From positions 1 to 64,000 of the IMG/VR virus record IMGVR_UViG_3300044712_001937: a stretch of DNA of 64,000 bases. One strand, written 5' to 3'. Positions 1-9,557 of this stretch are shown here, piece by piece; position 1 is the stretch's first letter, and each line of letters starts with the position of its first letter. Both the position numbers and the translations under genes were made by a program. The notes beneath the pieces are model-generated. The model was not told where the DNA came from, ran no database searches, and worked only from the letters and a program-made list of their open reading frames with translations.

Positions 1-2329
1 GATATCCACAAGTTGTATTTAATTTAGCACCACTACAAATATTTAAACTGTAATTTCCAGTTAAACTCGTATTTCCTGTTAATGCTCCACCCAATACAAC
101 ACTACTACCAACTTTACTTAAACCATTTGCAGCATTACTAATATCGCTAGTTGAATAAACTCTATATTCATTACCAACTTTACTAACTATTGTAGTACCA
201 CTGCCAACAAATATAGGTTTATTTGTAATTGTAGTACCTGTATAATCATGAGTATGACCTGTTAAACTTCTATTTTGTAAATCTGTTACTAAATTAGTGA
301 CTTGATTTTCATTTATATTAATTGCAGCTTGTGTAAAATGTATACTTGAATCACCAGTATGTGTTACAAAATCCGATTGTAATGTTAAATTTGGTTTTCC
401 AGTAATACCACTATAAGGATGCCAATGGGTTAAAATTTCACCTGTTAATTTATTTTCAATTGTCGATTTAGTTTCATCACCAGTATTAACTCCACTTGTA
501 TTTTCCAATAGATTATATTTATTTAACGAAATATGGTAACGTTCATCTCCACTACCACCTTGTAAACCTGCAAGTTCATTATGTGCCGATACAAGCGGAC
601 TCATAAAATATGATGCTTGAGATGTACCATTATAACTAAGAGTTACAATTCTATCTGAAGATGCTGTTGTAGTAATAAATCCTATTAATCCAAGACTATC
701 TGTTGTTGCAATATTAAATGATGGCTGGGTAGTTATAATTTCATATTTAGTATGAACAGTAGTTAAAGCAGGAGTTGTTACACCAAACAATTTATTCCAT
801 GTTGCTCCACTAACACCTGTTTCATTAATATAACTTGAAGGTGTAACAATCTTTACAACATTATTACTTGTTTTTCCACTTATTTGAAAAATTCCACTTG
901 GTGTATATAACCATGATGAATTTAAATTATTTGTACTTGCGCTAAAATAAACACCTGAAAATTGATTAGATGTTATAGTTGCAGTTCGACCTAAACCCGA
1001 ACCTGTTATAGAAACAGTACTTCCAGATAATGGTGTTGATTGATATATTTGACGTGTAGAATATGTATTTCCTGCAGACACACTATCAACACTTAAATAA
1101 CTTTCAAAAGACCAATTACCAGATTCAATAACAGTTTTTCCAAGTGCTGTAGGATATAACCATGCTGCAACTGCTCGTGTGTCATTATTTGCAACTCCAG
1201 TAACAGTTTGTGTTGTACCTGTAGTAACTGGAGTTTTAGATAAATTAGCAACAAAAACGCCATTTCCAATACTACCAGTAGAATTAATACCAGCAGGTAA
1301 CGTTCTTGAATTAATAATAGGAGTAGCATTATAAAATGTAACACCAGCACCAATACTTGATGTTGTCGGATTACCATTCACCCATTTCACACCATTCCAT
1401 TTTAATATTTGGTCAAGAGATGGATTTGGAGTATCAACGTCACTTAAATCGTCAAGTCTTAAATTCTCAAATATTTGAACAAATATTTTTCCATGTGTTT
1501 GATGTTTTGAAATTAAACGACCTAATGAAACTATGATATTAGGCGAATTAGGTTTAAATTTAGTAACACCCCCCGGAACAATTTCAGATAAATACAACAT
1601 ATCACCTACAGTCATTCCAGAATATTCTTGACTTGTAAGAGTATTTAAATCATTAATATGACCTCTTGATGTAATAAATCCATATGATTGAGGTAAAATA
1701 TCTTCAGTTGCAAGTCCTAATACAGATGCACTTGTAACACCTGTTGCTATTGCTAAACCAACTGTTGTTACAGCAGCAGTTACACCACCACCATCATATA
1801 TTCCATTTGAATATACTACAGCTCCATTTTCAATAGTATTGATTAATGAAGGATTATAAACATATCTTAAATCTTCTTGACCAAGTTGTAAATTTACACT
1901 ATCATTAAGATTTATTGAAATTGTTTGATATTCATTATCATAATATATTTTACCTTTTGTATGACCAGTAATTAATTCTGGATTAGGTGTTGAGCTAATT
2001 ATAATTCCATCATTAAAAATTAGTTGACCGTTAATTGTAGTTCCTGATATTAAATCACCACCTAAAACTACTTTATTGTCAATTACGCTTAATCCATTAG
2101 TAGCACCAGTTATATTTACTTTAATTATTAAATCAGTATCTAAAACACCATTTTTATACCAAAATTCAAAACCATTTACATTCACAGTTAAACCCGGATA
2201 TCTTTCACCTTCAGGTATACAAGTATTTACTTCACTAATACTTATATATGGGACTGTAATATTTAAATATTTATCTTCAACTGGTTTAGGAGCATTTACC
2301 TTTATATTATCACTTAAATTTATTGCCAT
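1..2329 (-). CDS. Tail-fibre-like virion protein (runs off window start; MAINLSDNIKVNAPKPVEDKY...)
   Basis: ATG at 2329, not in the ORF track, consistent with an open frame running off base 1. Gly/Thr/Ser-rich, with fibre-type segments (LDDLSDV...QILKWNG, YSGITGKP, TITNKP). Confidence 0.6.
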   Translation of the reverse strand, partial: MAINLSDNIKVNAPKPVEDKYLNITVPYISISEVNTCIPEGERYPGLTVNVNGFEFWYKNGVLDTDLIIKVNITGATNGLSVIDNKVVLGGDLISGTTINGQLIFNDGIIISSTPNPELITGHTKGKIYYDNEYQTISINLNDSVNLQLGQEDLRYVYNPSLINTIENGAVVYSNGIYDGGGVTAAVTTVGLAIATGVTSASVLGLATEDILPQSYGFITSRGHINDLNTLTSQEYSGMTVGDMLYLSEIVPGGVTKFKPNSPNIIVSLGRLISKHQTHGKIFVQIFENLRLDDLSDVDTPNPSLDQILKWNGVKWVNGNPTTSSIGAGVTFYNATPIINSRTLPAGINSTGSIGNGVFVANLSKTPVTTGTTQTVTGVANNDTRAVAAWLYPTALGKTVIESGNWSFESYLSVDSVSAGNTYSTRQIYQSTPLSGSTVSITGSGLGRTATITSNQFSGVYFSASTNNLNSSWLYTPSGIFQISGKTSNNVVKIVTPSSYINETGVSGATWNKLFGVTTPALTTVHTKYEIITTQPSFNIATTDSLGLIGFITTTASSDRIVTLSYNGTSQASYFMSPLVSAHNELAGLQGGSGDERYHISLNKYNLLENTSGVNTGDETKSTIENKLTGEILTHWHPYSGITGKPNLTLQSDFVTHTGDSSIHFTQAAININENQVTNLVTDLQNRSLTGHTHDYTGTTITNKPIFVGSGTTIVSKVGNEYRVYSTSDISNAANGLSKVGSSVVLGGALTGNTSLTGNYSLNICSGAKLNTTCGY

Positions 2330-2341
2330 ATCTTAATATTT

Positions 2342-4837
2342 TTAACTATTTCTGAATTCTATTGGAGCACTTATTGCACCAACAGTACCACTCATATATA
2401 TTTTATAATTTATATTTGACCAGCAACCTTGTGCTGAACTTACTGCTATAACACATTCATCAGGATATTTATCACTTGGTGCAGAATTAATATTTCCATT
2501 ATCTAAAGCATTTATATACCAACATGTTTTAGATGTTGAAACTGATGGAATTGCAATCCATGTCCATTCACTTGCACTACTACTAAATGTAACATTTACA
2601 GTACCGCTACTACATGCAAGTATTTTATTACCACCAACAACAAGTCCAGATGTTACACTTGGGCGTAATCCACTGGTTAATTTTCCATAATAATATGGAT
2701 ATATACCAGTTAAACTTGCAGTTACAGTTGCAGTACATCCTGTAGGTAATGGATTGTCATAAATACCACCTTTACTATTATATGGTTGAACACCTGCACA
2801 ATATTGAGCAAAACTACTCCAAGATTGTGAACCTATAACTACAGGATAATTAATAACATTTAACATATAAGGTGTTGAAGTATTAGGATAAAAACCAGCT
2901 ATTTGTGCACCTGTAAAACAATATCCATTAACACCACAACTTCTTTTATCACATATTGCAGTATATTGTGGATTTATACAACCAGCATTAAATGTACTAA
3001 CTACTGATAATGTTGGAATAGAACAACCTACCTCATATAATGAAGTTGATGGCGAGAATGTTGTAGTTACAGATGGAATAATTAATGTCGGATATTGTAC
3101 TGGAACCAATATTTCTTCAAATAATTGGAAAGCTGTTTTACCAGTTAATATTGTTCCCGGTGTAATTCCACCTACAGAACATACTGCGGGTGAACTTAAA
3201 TTATATTTATCGGTACTTGACCCACCCGTAGTATATATTACTATAGTATCATTTTTAAGTTTTACTTGAGTACTTCCACTACCTATAAAACTTCTAAGTC
3301 TTAAATTATGTGAAGTAACTCCTGTACTAACACCAACACCTGTTCCCATATTTGATACACTTGTAATTCCACTATATGTACCAAAACTACCACTTGTTCC
3401 TGAATAAGTGCCACCAGATATATATATAAAAGCATCATCATAAATAATTTTTATTTTACTTGAATCTGCACTTAAAATTGTTCTAAAACGAAGACTTTTA
3501 TCTACTTTATTATTAAATACAGGACCTCCTACGTTATAAGTCGTACCAGTATTTAAACTACCATTAACATCAAAACTAATATATCCATTAGTATAAAAAC
3601 CATCACTATAATCCCCACCTATTGATGAAAATTCAATATCGTTAAATACTATTCCGGGGTATTGATATGATGTTAAAAATAACCCAATATTATGAGTAAT
3701 ATCTCCATTAACGAATATCCAACCATTTTTATCACCACCAGTTGTTTTATAATTATAAATCCAAGATTTATTAGGTGAAAAATTACTTAAATACCCACGT
3801 CTTAGTGGTTGACCAGTTGGTGCACCAAGTCTAATATATCCATCAGTATCTCTGTAATAATAATTATATAAAGATGTATATGTACCTTGAAATTGAATTT
3901 GTGAAGTAACCATATACATTGTTTGTACACCTGTTTTACCTGAAAAAAATCCAATATTAGTCGCACCAGTTACAGTTTTATCTAAATAAACTTTAGTATT
4001 ACCAGTATAAGTATTAAATACACTATAACTAACGCTTGATGCAGTTTCAGTAATACCTCTATATTGTAAAACAATACCTGTATTATTTTTAGTTCCAACG
4101 AGCATTGGTTTATTTATAACATTAATTCCAGTTGGTTTTACTGGTGTTAATTTACCAATCGTACTTGATAAATAATATAAAGTACCCCCGCTAATAGGTC
4201 TATTATTAACATCTAAAATTTCAATAGTAGAAATATTACCAGCGTATGTTAATGTAAATCCACTACCATAATCAAACGGATATATTATATCATAATCACT
4301 TTCAGTAACAATACCTAATGGTTCAATAGTGTTTGCATTTGCATTTGAAACTTTCATAAATACACCACCATAATTTTTAGTGTAACCAATAACATCACCA
4401 ACTACAAAAGAATGCAAAGCTTGTACATATTTTTTACTAATATTTTCACCTTGATTTTGAATTGTAGTAGTCGAAAATAAAGGATACCAATTTAAATTAT
4501 TACCAAGAGCTGCAACTTTAGATGAGTTTGTTGGATATAAAGTATTCCATTGGTCTATTGTAATATAATTATCATTATACTTTGGATGTAAATGATAAAT
4601 TTCATTAGTGCTAAGAACATGAACTAACATTCCAAGTCTACGCTGACCTGACGATATTCCATCAAATTCAATTCTATTATTAATACTATCCACTGGTATT
4701 GCATTTCTATCAAGAGTTGTTTTTACTTCCATAAAACCACCAACTCCAAGTACCGAATGATGTGTACCATAAGTATCTCCTGAAGAACCTCTTACTATTG
4801 GAGAAGCTAATACCGTACCTTTATAATATTCTGCCAT
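2342..4837 (-). CDS. Tail-fibre-like/structural protein, Gly/Thr/Ser-rich, Cys-rich C-terminus
   Basis: 831 aa ORF; shares the SVGGITPGT...FEEILVP module with the adjacent gene; low-complexity G/T/S composition. Confidence 0.55.
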   Translation of the reverse strand: MAEYYKGTVLASPIVRGSSGDTYGTHHSVLGVGGFMEVKTTLDRNAIPVDSINNRIEFDGISSGQRRLGMLVHVLSTNEIYHLHPKYNDNYITIDQWNTLYPTNSSKVAALGNNLNWYPLFSTTTIQNQGENISKKYVQALHSFVVGDVIGYTKNYGGVFMKVSNANANTIEPLGIVTESDYDIIYPFDYGSGFTLTYAGNISTIEILDVNNRPISGGTLYYLSSTIGKLTPVKPTGINVINKPMLVGTKNNTGIVLQYRGITETASSVSYSVFNTYTGNTKVYLDKTVTGATNIGFFSGKTGVQTMYMVTSQIQFQGTYTSLYNYYYRDTDGYIRLGAPTGQPLRRGYLSNFSPNKSWIYNYKTTGGDKNGWIFVNGDITHNIGLFLTSYQYPGIVFNDIEFSSIGGDYSDGFYTNGYISFDVNGSLNTGTTYNVGGPVFNNKVDKSLRFRTILSADSSKIKIIYDDAFIYISGGTYSGTSGSFGTYSGITSVSNMGTGVGVSTGVTSHNLRLRSFIGSGSTQVKLKNDTIVIYTTGGSSTDKYNLSSPAVCSVGGITPGTILTGKTAFQLFEEILVPVQYPTLIIPSVTTTFSPSTSLYEVGCSIPTLSVVSTFNAGCINPQYTAICDKRSCGVNGYCFTGAQIAGFYPNTSTPYMLNVINYPVVIGSQSWSSFAQYCAGVQPYNSKGGIYDNPLPTGCTATVTASLTGIYPYYYGKLTSGLRPSVTSGLVVGGNKILACSSGTVNVTFSSSASEWTWIAIPSVSTSKTCWYINALDNGNINSAPSDKYPDECVIAVSSAQGCWSNINYKIYMSGTVGAISAPIEFRNS

Positions 4838-4862
4838 TTTTATATTTTATTTTATAATTTTA

Positions 4863-5936
4863 TTAACTAATAGCTATACAATATGTTCCAGAAATTCTAC
4901 TATCTGACCTTGCTACGTAATATGATGTACAATAATTATTTTTGTTTTTAAACATCATTGTAAATAATGAGCCAATACCTACATTACCCCATGCATTATT
5001 AGGTAATCCATTTATTGTAAATGAAGGAGTACCCATAACACTTGGATATGCATAATAAAAGAATTCATTATTAAATGTCATCGACATACTCGTTGTTTTA
5101 ATATTACATAATTGAGAAGTAATTGTATTGCACATAAGAGTACATGTTCCAGTACAATTTCCACTATAATATGGTGTTGAAGATTTAAAACAATATCTTC
5201 TATTCATCCATGTTATCTTAGTACAAGAAATTACACTTATTTGACCAGTATTTTTAGCACAAATACCATAATCAGCGAATGTACATAATTCATTTCCAGT
5301 AGGTATTACAATGTAATCAAATTCAGGAGGTATTATATATGGTGTATAATCCATAATATTACCACCTGCGTATGTTGTAGGATAGCAATGAGCTGGATTA
5401 GATGTCCAATTACAATTAAAATCAATATATGGGTCACCTACCGTATCTATATATATTCCACAAATAGGACTTGTCGTTTTATTAGCATACCAACTTAGAC
5501 AACCTACAGAATAATCACCAAATTCTCTACAATTTGCAGAAATACTACCACCACTATAACCATTATAAACTGAAATTCCAATACTTGGCGGTAATTCAGG
5601 TACTAATATATTTTGAAGAATTGTTGAAATAGGACAATTACTGATATTACTTCCTGCAATTAATCCACCTACAGTTATACTTGTTGGAGATGCACCACTA
5701 TATATACCTCCACCTTCAGCACCTGATACCACTTCTAATGTAATTTTACCATTACGATATGTTAATACTTCTCCATTAGTTCCACCTGTTGCAATAACGG
5801 GAATAAATCCGGAATCACCTCTTAAAGTTAAACCAGTTACATTTACAAATCTTGTAGTTCCTGATAATGTTAATGCGCTTCCACTTATTTGTTTAAATTG
5901 TAAGTCTTCAAGGTTTGGACGACTAAAAAACGACAT
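4863..5936 (-). CDS. Fibre-like/structural protein paralogous in part to 2342..4837
   Basis: 357 aa ORF; ITVGGLIAGS...ILQNILVP module; C-terminal YYAYP motif; many Cys. Confidence 0.5.
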   Translation of the reverse strand: MSFFSRPNLEDLQFKQISGSALTLSGTTRFVNVTGLTLRGDSGFIPVIATGGTNGEVLTYRNGKITLEVVSGAEGGGIYSGASPTSITVGGLIAGSNISNCPISTILQNILVPELPPSIGISVYNGYSGGSISANCREFGDYSVGCLSWYANKTTSPICGIYIDTVGDPYIDFNCNWTSNPAHCYPTTYAGGNIMDYTPYIIPPEFDYIVIPTGNELCTFADYGICAKNTGQISVISCTKITWMNRRYCFKSSTPYYSGNCTGTCTLMCNTITSQLCNIKTTSMSMTFNNEFFYYAYPSVMGTPSFTINGLPNNAWGNVGIGSLFTMMFKNKNNYCTSYYVARSDSRISGTYCIAIS

Positions 5937-6076
5937 GTTTTATATATTAATTCTTTCTTATTATTTTTAAATTTTGCTAACTATACGACCGTACCCTTAA
6001 TTAGCTTTTCCGAATCAAATGATTCGGAATTATTTAATATAAATACAAAAGAATCACATTAAAAACTAATATAAAT

Positions 6077-6112
6077 AAAAAACCCATGAGATTTTTTTCT
6101 CATGGGTTTTTT
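6077..6112. terminator. Intrinsic terminator (A/T tracts on both sides)
   Basis: AAAAAACCCATGAGA-ttttt-TCTCATGGGTTTTTT perfect inverted repeat just after the stop of 6136..7233. Confidence 0.85.
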
Positions 6113-6135
6113 ATTGTTAAGTTAAAGTATTATAA

Positions 6136-7233
6136 TTAAAGTTTAAATTTATTTTGCATTTTTGCTTTTTTTCTAAGTTCATTAACTTCTCTCAATGCAT
6201 TTGGGTTATAAATTTCACGTTTCACTATTGACACAAGATGATTAAATTCACTTTCAGTTATTGCTTGTCCTACATACCCCTCATTTTTCAATATATAACT
6301 TTTAGGAGCTGAACTTGATGCTGAAGGATTACCTTCTGAATCAATAGTACTTTCAAATGTCATCTCAAGCAATTCCTGAATTTTTTCAGTAACATTTGCA
6401 GTAATTTTCTGCTTAGTCTTTTTCAATGCCTTTTCAAGCATATCAACTACATTCTCCTGATGATTTCTTTTTACTTCAGCATATGCCATAGTAAAATCTT
6501 TCATTGGTGAACTATGTTTAAGTTCAGAAATTATAGCTAATGAACCATAACAGTCACGAATCATTAAATTCCAAACTTGTTCAGCATATGTGAACGATGG
6601 AAATTTATCAATTGCAACAATTTCTCCTTCAATAAAAACAATCATTCCAATCATTTTCTTAGGACGTTCAAAATGTGCAATAAATTGTTCAAGTTTTTTA
6701 TCATACTTGCTAAAATATACATCTAAATAATTACCAGCAGATGATTGAGTATCTATACCTAATTTATTAATCGCAGGATAAATTCTTGAATATCCGGGTG
6801 CTGTTCCAACAGTATTAAATACCATTTCACGCATAGTTACTGGAAGCATACGGAATTCTTGAGTACCTCTAAAAGTACCACCTTGAGAACCTTGGACACA
6901 TCCAGCATCATTATAAGTAACATTTGCTCCTTTAGCAATATAACCTGCCTTAGTCATACCGTGATTTTGAGCAACTTGCTTTGTCATAACAGCCATTTGT
7001 GTAGGTACAATTACTTCTTTACTTTCTTTATTTTGAAAGTTTATTTGTCCATATGAACTATTACCAGCTACTAATGCTGTTAATGGGTTTGCAAACCGAG
7101 TATCTAATGAATATTCTGAATCTGTTGTTAAACCAACAATTTGCATATTCAATATAGATTGAACTATGATGTTACCATCATTATCCTTGATAGGACGGCA
7201 ACCTTTAAGTAATTCTGTAAATTCTCTTGTCAT
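6136..7233 (-). CDS. ARPP-like (ARG/rhodanese-phosphatase-associated) domain protein
   Basis: 365 aa; motifs KQVAQNHGM, AGCVQGSQGG and GMIVFIEGEIVAID resemble ARPP-family proteins as recalled (no HMM run); starts 12 nt after the vWA gene stop. Confidence 0.5.
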   Translation of the reverse strand: MTREFTELLKGCRPIKDNDGNIIVQSILNMQIVGLTTDSEYSLDTRFANPLTALVAGNSSYGQINFQNKESKEVIVPTQMAVMTKQVAQNHGMTKAGYIAKGANVTYNDAGCVQGSQGGTFRGTQEFRMLPVTMREMVFNTVGTAPGYSRIYPAINKLGIDTQSSAGNYLDVYFSKYDKKLEQFIAHFERPKKMIGMIVFIEGEIVAIDKFPSFTYAEQVWNLMIRDCYGSLAIISELKHSSPMKDFTMAYAEVKRNHQENVVDMLEKALKKTKQKITANVTEKIQELLEMTFESTIDSEGNPSASSSAPKSYILKNEGYVGQAITESEFNHLVSIVKREIYNPNALREVNELRKKAKMQNKFKL

Positions 7234-7245
7234 AGTATATATTTT

Positions 7246-8874
7246 TTAAACGTTTACACTAATTTTTTTTGACCTTTTAACTGGTGCAGCTTCAAGAGCC
7301 AACATTTGAGTTTCAAGCCATCTTTTTGTATCAATTTCAAGCAATCTTGCAGTAATTTGTGGTTGAATTGCACTTGGGTTACTTATTGCCATTGGAACTA
7401 CACTTGTACCTAATTTACGTACATTAGCACCCATTTCTGCACTTGTTATTGGCGAAATCTGAAACATTGGAGTATTTCTACCAGTTTCTGTTTGCCAAAT
7501 CGAAATAACCTCATTAGTTAATCCATCATAAGCATTTTCATAGCCATCAGTTATGATAAAAATAGCATCATAAGGTTTTGACGAATTTTCAACTTTCAAT
7601 AATCCAATAAATGAACTTGCTAAATCAGTTACTTCACCACCAGTTACAACAATATTAGTTAATTCCGCAGATTTACCCAATACTTTTGCTGTAAAATCAG
7701 CAATTGCTTTTGGAGTATTCTTTGATTCAATTTTATCACCTGACATTGAATTACTATCATCAACAATAATTCCAATATTTTTATAATAGAAATTATTGAT
7801 TCTTTTCTTAATAGCAAGTTTATCTATTGCTGAAATTATTTCAGGAGTAAATGATGTTTCATAACCAGTTTTATATAAAGCCAAGAAATCTGTTGCTTTA
7901 TCCATATCAACAGTCTTTTCAACACCCAACTTTGCAGTTGATTTTGTTTGACGGATTTGTTGATTTGTTGATGTAACTTCAACATTCTTTCTGATTAAAG
8001 CTTTAGTTGCTTGTTTTTGAATATCAGTAGACCACATTGAATGATATTGTGGATGTTTAACACTTGAAATTAATCCAAGTAAAACTTCTTCCGGAACATT
8101 TTTAATTCCAGTAATATCAACCTTTGCTTTTAAATATTCACTCAACAATGGAAAATCTAAAGCTGGATAATTTACACCATTATCTTTTTTAAATAAAAAA
8201 AGAAATAATTTAAACGCACGTGAAGCATCACCATTAAAATATTTTAATATATATTCATTAATAATATTACTTTCCTTTTCAGTTGTAACGCCATTTGAAT
8301 ATACAACAAGTTTACGAGCAATTGAAAGCAATATAGATGTTTTCTTTTGACCATATACATGTTTTAAAATTTCAGCAATTTTATTTCGATATTTTAATGA
8401 AAAAAATTCAAGATTTGATTGTCCCCAAATATATCCAAGAATAATTTTTCTTGTCCTTTCATTATTTACTTTAGAATTTTTTAAATCAACAAAAAGACGT
8501 AACACATAAGGTAAACCATTATCTGCAAGATTATCTAATGATGATAATATTGCTTTATCACTTAAACCATTATCATACCAATCAATAGGATTAACAATAT
8601 TACATGCACCTCCCTTTAATGTATTTTTTAATTCATTAAGCAATACTTCAGATATAAATCGACCAGTAGCACCTTTTTGGGTTGCAATAATCAATGGGAG
8701 TTCTTTTGAAAGCATATACATATTCTTAATTTGAGATTGTATTGCTTTCAATTGTTCATCTTTAGAGTGGTAATAAGTAGCACTGCTCTTAGCACCACTT
8801 GCCACTGTCAAACCATCAGTAATTGATTGCTTAACTGTAGACAACATGTTGTTTGTTAATACCAAATTTTTCAT
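7246..8874 (-). CDS. Helical N-terminal region + C-terminal vWA (MIDAS) protein, TROVE/Ro60-like architecture
   Basis: 542 aa; MIDAS-type IIVDDSNSMSG and FIITDGYEN in the C-terminal ~180 aa; the preceding ~350 aa look alpha-helical and Lys/Leu-rich. vWA call is solid; TROVE relationship is inferred. Confidence 0.6.
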   Translation of the reverse strand: MKNLVLTNNMLSTVKQSITDGLTVASGAKSSATYYHSKDEQLKAIQSQIKNMYMLSKELPLIIATQKGATGRFISEVLLNELKNTLKGGACNIVNPIDWYDNGLSDKAILSSLDNLADNGLPYVLRLFVDLKNSKVNNERTRKIILGYIWGQSNLEFFSLKYRNKIAEILKHVYGQKKTSILLSIARKLVVYSNGVTTEKESNIINEYILKYFNGDASRAFKLFLFLFKKDNGVNYPALDFPLLSEYLKAKVDITGIKNVPEEVLLGLISSVKHPQYHSMWSTDIQKQATKALIRKNVEVTSTNQQIRQTKSTAKLGVEKTVDMDKATDFLALYKTGYETSFTPEIISAIDKLAIKKRINNFYYKNIGIIVDDSNSMSGDKIESKNTPKAIADFTAKVLGKSAELTNIVVTGGEVTDLASSFIGLLKVENSSKPYDAIFIITDGYENAYDGLTNEVISIWQTETGRNTPMFQISPITSAEMGANVRKLGTSVVPMAISNPSAIQPQITARLLEIDTKRWLETQMLALEAAPVKRSKKISVNV

Positions 8875-8960
8875 CTTACTAAATTTAAATTTTTGTTACA
8901 GTTATATTTATAAAAAATCAAAAATACATAAATTAATTTAATTAATCACAATAATAAACA

Positions 8961-9010
8961 AAAAAAATGGGCAAGTATTGTATAATTTCTTATACAAATC
9001 CCCGCCCATT
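8961..9010 (-). terminator. Terminator-like hairpin with GAAA tetraloop at the 3' end of the ncRNA cluster
   Basis: Minus strand: AATGGGC-gggga-t-TTGTATAA-gaaa-TTATACAA-tactt-GCCCATT followed by a T run. Confidence 0.6.
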
Positions 9011-9053
9011 AATTTTTGGAAAAATAAATCTTCTCAATAAGAGAAGAAGTTTA

Positions 9054-9119
9054 GTTGTATTTTTACAAGTTTGTGCCACCACTATCGGATGGCAAATTTC
9101 AATTTGCTGTATACACAAC
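9054..9119 (-). ncRNA. Stand-alone copy of the repeated RNA motif (element B)
   Basis: Minus strand: GTTGTGTATACAGCAAA ... TGCCA/TGGCA hairpin ... TGTAAAAATACAAC; terminal 7-bp stem GTTGTGT/ATACAAC. Confidence 0.55.
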
Positions 9120-9322
9120 AAGTTCTTCCATAATGCTTTTTTTTGAAAAACTCCCACACTTCTGTGGCAGAAAACCATTTTTAACCTTCAAATGTTAGAT
9201 GATACTACCCTTTTTATAAGTAAAATTTCTCGTATCAAGAACTGAAAAACACCACAAATTACGGTATTGTGGACAACCACTTCAAACATCCTTTGGATGA
9301 TGATAATATTTCGGGAATATTG

Positions 9323-9440
9323 TAAAAGTATTTTTGTTTTTGTGCAAGTTTAAGAGACTTGTGCCTTAACCACTTGGCTATTTTTCAATTTTGGCTGAAA
9401 AAGTCGGAGTCGAACCAACGAATTTACTGTAAATACTTTA
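9323..9440 (-). ncRNA. Circularly permuted tRNA-Lys(CUU)-like RNA closed by the repeated motif (element D)
   Basis: Minus-strand order: motif strand 1, T arm (GTTGG-TTCGACT-CCGAC), acceptor 3' TTTTTCA-G-CCA, linker AAAT, acceptor 5' TGAAAAA, D arm GCCAAGTGGTTAAGGC, anticodon arm CAAGT-CTCTTAA-ACTTG, motif strand 2. Confidence 0.75.
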
Positions 9441-9557
9441 AGTTTTCCCTTATGCTGTACCTCAAAGTTTGAATTGCTTCAGGGACAATGAGGAATTCCA
9501 TTCACACGGTTACGTTAACTTTCGTTAAGAGGCTTGACCGTGCATCACGTTTATATT

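Noticed and set aside
8895-8928. Plus-strand TTACAGTTA...CAAAAATAC resembling the RNA motif
   Set aside because: Opposite strand to all other copies, no closing helix, and AT-rich enough to arise by chance
8990-9178. 62-aa ORF in the ncRNA cluster
   Set aside because: Overlaps structured RNA elements, has atypical composition and no recognisable motifs
9441-9552. HDV-like (theta) or twister ribozyme next to the tRNA-like genes
   Set aside because: The would-be L3 is a GAAA-capped hairpin rather than the pyrimidine-rich loop, and no catalytic J4/2 or twister pseudoknots could be placed
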